Shown here: one piece after another, positions 32,019 to 40,758 of the stretch
Layout of the letters: every line of letters begins with the position of its first letter
Numbering within the stretch: the stretch's first letter is position 1
From: Nitrospirales bacterium
GTDB lineage: Bacteria > Nitrospirota > Nitrospiria > Nitrospirales > UBA8639
NCBI GenBank assembly: GCA_963422365.1
Contig: OY729426.1
Location: forward strand, 1,376,001-1,440,000
Direction of reading: 5' to 3'
DNA: 64,000 bases
Notes under the pieces: generated by a model
What the model was told of the DNA's origin: nothing
Databases searched by the model: none
Seen by the model: only the letters and a program-made list of their open reading frames with translations
Program-made: the position numbers and the translations under genes

Positions 32019-35000
32019 ATGACGCTGATGCACACCGCCACCTCCGCTATCAGGCGCACCATCATGCGCCTGCTGACCGGCAAGCGGTCGCGTGCGTTTG
32101 CCGCCCGCCGTGTGGATTTGACCATGCCCACCCGGCTACGCAACGCGCTGTTCGTCCTGTTCATCGGTGGCATCCTGGCCTACGGGGCCGGGTTCGCCTG
32201 CTACCTGCTCGCCCGCTTCGACCTCGTCAACCTGCTTCGCGACGTGAATGCCGACGACTCTTTCTACTACTTTCAGATCGCCTGGAACCTGGCCGAGGGG
32301 AAGTTCTCCACCTTCGACGGCGGCATCAGCCGCACCAACGGCTATCACCCCGTCTGGATGCTGCTTGTCACGCCGTTCTACTGGGTGTTCGACAAGGAAG
32401 CGGCGCTGTTCGCCATCAAGGCGTTCGAGATTATGCTGATCGCCGGTGGCGTTGTCTTCATCGTCGTAGCGGCGCGGTTGGCGCGCCTGCCGTGGGTGTT
32501 GCTGTTCGCCGCGCTGCCGGCGCTATATCGAAATCACGGCGCCTGGGTGGGGATGGAGGCATCCGCGGGGCTGTTCATGCTGGGCTTGTTGTTTCTGACC
32601 CTGTGCCTGTACGCGCGCAATCCGGCACGCTGGCGCTGGGCGCTGGCCACGGTCGCCTTCGCCCTGCCGTGGGTGCGTCTGGAGTACATGGCCATATCCC
32701 TGGCGGCCACCGGCGCGCTGTACGTTATCGAATGGTCTTGGCGGGAGCGGTCGTCCGGCGCATCCCGGAGAGAGCAAGTCCGTTCCGTATTGGCGGCCGA
32801 TGCCGTCATTCCATTGCTCGGTGCCCTCGCTGGCATCCTGGTCTATTTCGCCTACAACTGGCTCGTCTTCGGCGGCATCCTGCCGGTAAGCGGCGTGACC
32901 AAACACCTCTGGTCGCAAGTTCGGTGGGAATATGAAGGCGGCTACAGCCTGCCGCGGAACCTCCTGAACATCATGGAAATCCGGATGTTCAGCGGCGGCG
33001 CGCTGGCGGTTATGCTGGCGTCCTGTGCCTTCCTCCCGCTGCTTTGGTGGCTTGTCCGCCGTGCACGCAGGCGGGACGACTGGCTGCTGTTGGTTTTTCT
33101 GGTGGGCGTGTTCGGTGTGGCGGCGGGCCATCTGGGCAAATTCGCGCAGACCGTGCTTGCCGTACATCCTGCCGTCGCGAACTACTCTTGGTATTTCGTC
33201 CCGGCCTATCTGACGCTGGCGCTGTTCATTCCTGTCGGATGTTACGTGGCGGTCCGCCTGGTTCTTCTCTTTGTCAGTCCCGGATCGCGCCGCGCCGCCG
33301 TGTTCCTGAGCCGGGGGATCATCGGCGTTGGCGCGGCCATACTGTTCGTAAAGACGGATTTCACTTATCCGTTCCGGTACGTAGACCACGCCAACCCGAA
33401 CATCTGGAAGTTATTCTCCTACTTGAGCGCGCAAGCGATGAACCGCACTCTTCCCGAAGGCAGCGTGGTCGGATCGTGGGATGCCGGCGTCCTCGGCTAC
33501 TTCTCGCGTTTTCCGGTGGTGAATCTCGATGGTCTGGTCAACTCGTACGAATATCTGCACGGGTACCGTGACGCGGGTCGGAAAACAGGATGGACATACA
33601 AAAACAAACATGCAAACGCCGAATCGCCGTTCGAAAAGTTCGGCATCACGCACTTCGCCAACATAGAGCCTATCGATAAGAAGATCGATGCGTCGATATA
33701 TGAGAGCGCGTCAATTCCAGGTGCCCGCACGAAGAACAAGAAGGAGGTATCGTTTCGAGTCTGGTCGCCGCGCCACTGGGCAATTTTGACACCGCTGCTT
33801 GGTTCTGGGAGAAAATGGAGCCTCACTTCGACTACCGGTCGGGTGATGCCGGGCTTATTGTGAACGGCCGGACAGTGCAGGCGTTCGCCAGGAAATGCCC
33901 ATCGGACGAGGAGATCGTGTGGTCCTGGAATGGGTCGGAAGGCAAGGCGTTCGTCGGCCCCTCGGGGCGGTGGAGGAATACGCAAACCGGGTTATGCGTA
34001 ACCACCGCCGTGTTGCCCCAAAACCCAGATGCCCCGATGCGGCCTCAGTCAATGACAGCGAGCGATTACCTGGCGGAGCTGATCAAGGATCGCCAACCGG
34101 TCATCCGCTCGAATTATGATGTGTATCTTGTCGACGACAGCCTCATCTACGTCAAGGATCAGTGTAAGGCGGCGGACACCGAGGCGCCCTTCTTCCTGCA
34201 TCTCGTGCCTGCTCGCCGATTTGATTTATCCGTGCGGCGCTGGCTGTATGGCTACGATAACCTGGACTTCGATTTCAAGGACCGTGGGGTCGTCTTCGAC
34301 GGCAAGTGCATGGCGGTGCGCGATGCGCCGGACTACGCCATTGCTGCCATCCGCACCGGGCAGTACACGGCGGCGGGGCGCGTGTGGGAGAGCCGCCATC
34401 CGCCGGTCGTTCGTGCGGCGGAGTATGCGGCGGTGGTGGCCGGGGAGGCGCTGATCCGCTCGGAGTGGGACGTGTATCGGCATGAGGGACGCCTGTACTA
34501 CGTCAAGGAGCAGTGTAAGGCGGCAGACACCGAGGCGCCCTTCTTCCTGCACGTCATACCTGCTCGCCGGTTTGATTTATCCGTGTGGCGCTGGCCGTAT
34601 GGCAACGACAACCTGGACTTTGACTTCAACGACCAGGGCATCGCCTTCGACGGCAAGTGCATGGCGGTGCGCGATGCGCCGGACTACGCCATTGCTGCCA
34701 TCCGCACCGGGCAGTACACGGCGGCGGGGCGCGTGTGGGAGAGCCGCCATCCGCCGGTCGTTCGTGCGGCGGAGTATGCGGCGGTGGTGGCCGGGGAGGC
34801 GCTGATCCGCTCGGAGTGGGACGTGTATCGGCATGAGGGACGCCTGTACTACGTCAAGGAGCAGTGTAAGGCGGCAGACACCGAGGCGCGCTTCTTCCTG
34901 CACGTCATACCTGCTCGCCGGTTTGATTTATCCGTGCGGCGCTGGCTGTATGGCTACGATAACCTGGACTTCGATTTCAAGGACCGTGGGGTCGTCTTCG

Positions 35001-35122
35001 ACGGCAAGTGCATGGCGGCGCGCGATGCGCCGGACTACGCCATCGCTGGTATTCGTACCGGACAATTCACGGCGGCGAGGCGCGTTTGGCAGGGTGAATA
35101 TCACCGTGATGCGTCGCCTTGA
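32019..35122 (+). pseudogene. Paralog of 25587-28058, frameshift near 33766, three tandem C-terminal domains
   Basis: Near-identical DNA at offset 6417; ctggtcgccg here versus ctggtccgccg in the intact copy. Confidence 0.85.
34090..35110 (+). repeat. 351-bp intragenic tandem repeat (3 units)
   Basis: Units recur every 351 bp (gcgctgatccgctcggagtggg at 34448 and 34799). Confidence 0.9.
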
Positions 35123-35129
35123 TAACACG

Positions 35130-35592
35130 ATGACGGGGCGGTTGACCGGGCTGCAAGGGTCGCCCGTATTCCTGATCTCACTCTGCCTGCCATGGCTGGT
35201 TCTGCTTGGATGGCTCGCCGTTGTCGCATGGTTCCTGTGCGATGACGCCTTCATCAGCTTCCGCTACGTCCGCAACCTGCTGGAAGGCCACGGCCTAGTC
35301 TTCAATCCCGGCGAGTACGTCGAGGGCTACACCAACTTCCTGTGGATGCTGGAGTTGGCGGCGATATGGAGACTATTGGGCATCCCGCCGGAACAGGCGG
35401 TGCCGTGGCTGTCGATTGCCTGCACCGTCGGGACTATCGCGGCGATGCTGTGGTGGGTCAATGCGCCTGCCGTGGGTGCGCCTTGCCGCCCGGCGTTGGC
35501 GGCCTCCCGCACCGGGCTGGATGGGCGCGCGAACCTTCGCGGAGCACCGCGAGTGCGCCAACCAGCTACTACGAAAGTGGAAACCTTACGAG
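35130..35592 (+). pseudogene. Internally deleted second copy of the AftB-like gene
   Basis: DDAFISFRY region retained, then spliced fragments MRLP / RLAARRWRPPA..MGART / FAEHRE..WKPYE. Confidence 0.8.
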
Positions 35593-35673
35593 TCCGAAGC
35601 GGTCGAAGAGGCTCGTAGGTTTGTCTCGGCGCCATTGCGGGAAGCGCCATGCGGGGCATGCAGGAGCGTATCC

Positions 35674-37655
35674 GTGCGGTCGGTAGGAAATTTGATCAGA
35701 GGAAACCCGCTATTGCTTGCCTTGCTGGCATTCAGCGTTGCAAGTCGAGCGTATGGCATTCTATGGGGCGTTACGCTCTGGCCTCTCGATGTTTCTGTCT
35801 ACCACCCGGACGAACCCCAGATAATAGACCAAGCATTCAACTTCCCCGACGACATTCTTGAAAGAACAGACTTTCGTTACCCTACCGGACATGGCTACCT
35901 CATCGCGATTCTCGGTTGGCCGTTCGTAAAAATCGCTGGTGCGCTCGAGATGGACGTGTACTTGGTAACGTACATGATCGGACGATTGATCTCGGTATTG
36001 ATGGGCACTGCATCGGTCGGGCTCACCTACCTGATCGGCAAGAGCATTTACGGACATCGTTTCGGGTTGCTGTCTGCCGCTTTGCTGGCGGTCAGCACGA
36101 TGCATGTAGCCAATTCGGCCTGGGCGACATTGGATGTTCCAAGCTCCTTTTGGCTTGTTTTGTTCTGCTGGTTGCTTGTGCGGACCTCGTCCTGTCTTCA
36201 TCACTGGAGGTTGCTGGGCGTAACGCTGGGCGTTCTGATCGGAACAAAATATACTGGTGGGATAGCTGTCATTGTCCTGATAGTCGCGGTTGTTGGGGAG
36301 TTGCGCCGGGAAAACAGCCCGGTGAAGGTCGTAGGAAGATCGGCGATTACCAACTGCCTGTGGGCAATCGGAGGGATTGCGGTCTCGGCATTCTTCCTGT
36401 CGACCCCGGGAATTCTCGTGCAACCGGATATGTTTCTCCAGTCAATTGCGTTCTTGTCGGCACAATTCACCCCCTACCCGCTCCTTCTTAACCTTCTCAA
36501 GATCGCCGACGCCTTAGGAACGACGGTAGCCGTGGCGACAGCAATTGGTATGGCAGGATGTTTTGCGTTTGCGTCGGGGCGTAAATTGAGACCTTACGCG
36601 ATTGCGGTAGCGATCTTTATTCTCTGCTGCGTTACTTTCATTAACACACCGCCTCGTTATATCATCCTGATTGCGCCACTTTGTGCACTATTGGCCGGCT
36701 ACGCCGCTGTGCAAGCCTGTCTTCTCGTTCGCAAAGGGAGGGTGATGATTATCGGTTTCTGTATCCTTGTCTTCGGCTACAACGGAATCCATACCTTGCG
36801 AACCGTCGCGGCTCGATATCCGGACTCCCGTTCCCTGGCGGAACACTACATCTCCGAACACGTCCCGGACGGTGCAACGATCGGTTTCATGTACGAGTCG
36901 GATGCTGTTCCCTATCCACTTTACAAATGGCGGTATCCGCAGGTCGATCTCGAACGCGTGGTCTATACGGATTTCCTGCAGAGCCCCGAGTATGTTGTCG
37001 TATCCGAATATGCGGTCGGCGAGGTGAAGAAGATACTGAATTCCGGTGTTCTGAAAGGAGATTACAAGGGTCCGCCCGAGTTACGGGTCAGGTTCTGGCG
37101 ATTGAATCCTTCGTCGAGAATTTTCGAATTCGTGGATCAGCTCTATTTCTCCGAAGATTCGCCGTATCGCCGCACAAGGGAATTTCGTACGCTGCATGGC
37201 CACAATCCATCGCTCGAGTTTCCTTCGCCAACCATCGAGGTATTTCGCCGAAAGGCAGGGGCGAGCGATTATGTGGCGAGGCTTATCGGCGACAGTCGGC
37301 CGATCATCCGCTCCGGCTACGATGTGTATCTCATCGAGAACAGTCTCATCTACGTAAAGGAGTCATGCAGGAAGGATCGCATTCAGGCACGTTTTTTCCT
37401 GCACGCGATCCCGGTTGACGCGACCGATCTCCCTGACCGCTACAAACAGTACGGCTATGACAACCTCGACTTCGATTTCCGAGACCACAGTCTCAGCGCG
37501 AGAAATATCTGCGTGGCGAGGCGGGAATTGCCGGACTACGACCTTGCCGCCTTCGCACCGGGCAGTACATACGCGTGGAAGGCGGTTTCGATAACATCTG
37601 GGAGGGTGGCTTCGAGGTGACGGAGCCGGTGGGCAGCGGGGAGGTCGCGCCATGA
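35674..37655 (+). CDS. ArnT/PMT-like GT-C glycosyltransferase with C-terminal repeated domain (late frameshift near 37551)
   Basis: YHPDEPQ, GRLISVLMG, ATLDVP, KYTG, PRY; AGGAG SD before GTG 35674; the shifted tail reads RTGQY...IWEGGF. Confidence 0.75.
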
Positions 37656-38395
37656 GCGACAAGCACAAAACGGCACTGGTGATGGGTGCCACGTCTGATA
37701 TCGGCCGCGCCATCGCGCGCCAACTGGCGCACCGCGGCTATGCGTTACAGCTTACGGCGCGCGACCCCGTGCGACTCGAGCGGGAAGTGCAGGACCTCTG
37801 GGTGCGCACCGGCGCTGCAGTGACATCGTATTGCTGGGACGCGCTCCGGGACGGTGGCGGCGCCTCGTTCCTTGATACGCTCGACCCCTTGCCCGATGTG
37901 GCAGTGTGCGTCGTCGGACTGCTCGGCGACCAAGCGGAGAGCCAGCGAGACGGCGTGGCGGCGGAGCGGGTGATGTGCACCAACTATGTCGGTCCCGCGC
38001 TGCTGATGGGGGCGCTGGCCAAGCTCTTCGAGCAGCGCGGCAGCGGCGTCCTGGTTGGCGTCAGCTCGGTGGCGGGCGAACGCGGGCGCGCGTCGAACTA
38101 TGTGTACGGTTCGGCCAAGGCGGGACTCACCGCGTTCCTGTCCGGGCTGCGCAACCGGCTGGCCCGCTCCGGCATCCACGTGGTGACGGTCAAGCCGGGC
38201 TTCGTGCGCACCCGTATGACCGACGGAATGGACCTGCCGGCGCGGCTGACCGCCACGCCCCAGGAGGTGGCCGCTGCGGTCGTCCAAGCGATCCGCCGTC
38301 GCCGTGACGTGGTATACGTGCGCCGCGTCTGGCGCCCGATCATGCTGATCGTGCGCGCGCTTCCGGAACGTATTTTTAAGCGGCTGAAATTGTAA
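37652..38395 (+). CDS. DprE2-like short-chain dehydrogenase
   Basis: GATSDIG, SSVAGERGRASNYVYGSAKAG, VKPGFVRTRMT. Confidence 0.9.
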   Translation: MSDKHKTALVMGATSDIGRAIARQLAHRGYALQLTARDPVRLEREVQDLWVRTGAAVTSYCWDALRDGGGASFLDTLDPLPDVAVCVVGLLGDQAESQRDGVAAERVMCTNYVGPALLMGALAKLFEQRGSGVLVGVSSVAGERGRASNYVYGSAKAGLTAFLSGLRNRLARSGIHVVTVKPGFVRTRMTDGMDLPARLTATPQEVAAAVVQAIRRRRDVVYVRRVWRPIMLIVRALPERIFKRLKL

Positions 38396-38401
38396 GTATT
38401 C

Positions 38402-38551
38402 ATGATTTCGCCAACAACGATGGACTTCGAAAACTCGGGGGAAGTCGGTGACGATGTTTATGTCAATGACACCAAATTGATAGACACAAAGAGCGCGTGT
38501 AGCCAGGACGACGTTGGCCCAAAATTCCGGCTGTACCTGATTCCGGTTTGA
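38402..38551 (+). pseudogene. Relic half-copy of the repeated C-terminal domain
   Basis: DVYVNDTKLIDTKSACSQDDVGPKFRLYLIPV aligns with DVYLVDDSLIYVKDQCKAADTEAPFFLHLVP. Confidence 0.55.
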
Positions 38552-38603
38552 CGAGGAGCCAAGGCTATCCACCGCCTGAACCCCATCGAGTTGGTACGGC
38601 TGG

Positions 38604-39051
38604 CTAGTGCAACGGATCAACGACCGTAAAGAATGGGAAGCGATGAAAATCGGTGTCACGAGTGCAGAGCCGGCCAACACCGTGCTCGTGCATCAACACC
38701 GCGGTGTGGAGGTCATGCGTTGTGTTCCCACTGAAGTCCGGCAACTCTGTCAACGTCTGCGACAGGACAGCCGAGTGACGGTCCGTCGCGGTGTAGGGCG
38801 CCATCTTATGTCGCCGCTCTTGGCCGCATAAGATGCGGCTCTTCAGCTAAAGCGCCAAGCGTCTCCAGGATTCAATGTCGGCCGAAATACGCCAGGGTGG
38901 GTCCTGACCAGAAGGAACGCTAAGAGAGGTTCCCTGCGAGAAACACCAGCGATGGTTCAAGCCGCCATTGCTCGATTCGTCGCCTGCAGACTTCGTGAAA
39001 TTTGGAGACCTCGTTGGCGGCGTAGAGAAGAACGTTCGTATCGAGCAGCAA
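38604..39051 (-). pseudogene. vapC: VapC PIN toxin pseudogene
   Basis: LLDTNVLLYAAN...; C-terminus HDLHTAVLMHEHGVGRLCTRDTDFHRFPF; internal stops and a palindromic insertion. Confidence 0.8.
38792..38845. repeat. Inverted pair of GTAG-type REP-like sequences inside vapC
   Basis: tgtagggcgccatcttatgtcgcc...gccgcataagatgcggctcttca. Confidence 0.65.
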
Positions 39052-39063
39052 TTCCTTGCTTGT

Positions 39064-39315
39064 CTATTGCCGATTGATCTCATCCGATCCCATTGCCAAA
39101 TACAGATCCTCGCGGTTGGAGATATCGACCATTGCGTCACCGCGCCAACTCGGCAGCGGCGGAAGCGAATCCGGCTTTGTGGCATACGGCGAGTATTCAT
39201 GAAGAATGCGTCTGAGTCCTGCTTCCACGAGGGCTGGCATGGTGGTCCCCCGTCGGACAGCCTCTTCGCGCAATCGCTGCCTCACGGTGTTGTCTATATT
39301 GAGAGTCTTCTTCAT
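39064..39315 (-). CDS. VapB-like ribbon-helix-helix antitoxin
   Basis: MKKTLNIDNTVRQRLREEAVRRGTTMPALVEAGLR...LPPLP; upstream of the PIN gene. Confidence 0.75.
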   Translation of the reverse strand: MKKTLNIDNTVRQRLREEAVRRGTTMPALVEAGLRRILHEYSPYATKPDSLPPLPSWRGDAMVDISNREDLYLAMGSDEINRQ

Positions 39316-39589
39316 CTGGCAAATCAGACGGCCAATAGACCTATCGGTCAACTCTTGTGCAAAGTTGCCATGGTCGATACTTCGGAAATGAAAGACGTGA
39401 GATCTCCGATTTCATTATCCTGTGCGATCGCAGGGAGAGGCCTGCCTTGACTGTTTCCTTTCTTGAGGATCTGTGATCTGTTCTGCATAATGACGAAGGT
39501 GAATTTGGACAGCATGGAAAGGGGCTCCTTGACCTGCCTGTGCCGATCAATGCACGAGTCTGTTGCGAGCGGAACCGTGCACAGGTCTG

Positions 39590-39705
39590 TGTCATTCCCG
39601 CTGGATGTTACGGGGAATCATGGTTTCTTTTTCTGTGTTTGTCCTTACGAAAGTGGGTATCGTGTGGGAAGAGATGGGTCCCCGCTAAAAACTGCAGGGA
39701 TGACA
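39590..39705. repeat. MITE/REP-like inverted repeat element
   Basis: tgtcattcccgc...gaagagatgggtccccgctaaaaactgcagggatgaca, similar to 19218-19317. Confidence 0.65.
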
Positions 39706-39814
39706 GCCGTGGAGCGGGGCGACATGAGGCCTGTCCCTGCCTCGAGCAGGGATGTCGCCACGACAAACTCAAAATGACAAAAGGGTTCAGGGTGACAATG
39801 TTGGAGGTTCGGGA

Positions 39815-40672
39815 ATGAGCCCTGAACGGTTGCCGGCGTGGTTCAAGGTCAAGATCGAGACGGGGCCTCATTATCGACGCATTCAGTCGCTGGTTCGAGA
39901 AAAACAGCTTCATACGATTTGTGAGGAAGCGCGATGTCCCAACAAATGGGAATGCTGGAATAACCGTACCGCGACGTTTTTGCTTTTGGGCGACGTCTGT
40001 ACGCGACGGTGTCAGTATTGTTCCGTGACAACGGGTCGCCCTGGCTCGGTTGATTGGCAGGAACCGGAACGGGTGGCCGAAGCCGTTCGAGATCTGGACT
40101 TGCGGCATGCAGTGCTGACCTCCGTGAATCGCGATGAACTGGACGATGGCGGCGCCTCTGTTTTTGCGGCCACCATTCATGCCATCCGGCGACTGCTGCC
40201 GATGTGTACGATTGAAGTGTTGGTGCCGGATTTTCAAGGAAACAGGGCATCGGTCGGGACCGTTCTGACGGCGGACCCGGAAATTTTTAATCACAATATC
40301 GAGACCGTCCCACGGTTGTTTCCAGTTGTCAGGCCGCAGGGACACTATGACCGTTCCTTGCAGGTGCTTCGTTGGGCAAAGGATCAAGGGGCGCGTACGA
40401 AATCAGGACTCATGGTTGGGATGGGCGAGACGAACGAGGAACTGCTGTCGGTCCTGCACGATCTTCGCACCATCGGCTGTGAAATTGTGTCGATAGGCCA
40501 GTATCTGCAGCCCACCAAAGCCCATCTCGCGGCGCACCGATATTACGAGCCCGAGGAATTTGAAGATCTCAGACGGCACGGGATGGCTTTGGGCTTTCGG
40601 CACGTGGAATCTGGGCCTTTGGTGCGCAGTTCGTATCATGCCGAACAACAAGCGGAATATGCCAAATTCTAA
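39815..40672 (+). CDS. lipA: Lipoyl synthase
   Basis: CEEARCPNKWEC, CTRRCQYC, RSSYHA. Confidence 0.97.
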   Translation: MSPERLPAWFKVKIETGPHYRRIQSLVREKQLHTICEEARCPNKWECWNNRTATFLLLGDVCTRRCQYCSVTTGRPGSVDWQEPERVAEAVRDLDLRHAVLTSVNRDELDDGGASVFAATIHAIRRLLPMCTIEVLVPDFQGNRASVGTVLTADPEIFNHNIETVPRLFPVVRPQGHYDRSLQVLRWAKDQGARTKSGLMVGMGETNEELLSVLHDLRTIGCEIVSIGQYLQPTKAHLAAHRYYEPEEFEDLRRHGMALGFRHVESGPLVRSSYHAEQQAEYAKF

Positions 40673-40758
40673 AGAGGGAAACATGTTATGATAATACTTG
40701 ACCCTTGGCCGGTGCGCGCCGATCCGTCGGGCGACCCTTAACGGCTTTCCTTCATTTT

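Noticed and set aside
34090..35110. Regular repeats as a CRISPR array
   Set aside because: The units are 351-bp in-frame coding repeats with no unique spacers, and no cas genes are present.
25676..35472. Diversity-generating retroelement (template/variable repeats)
   Set aside because: No reverse transcriptase in the window; differences include indels and all base types rather than adenine-specific changes.
20837..39315. Integron cassette array
   Set aside because: No tyrosine recombinase and no attC-like sites seen; the genes overlap by ATGA.
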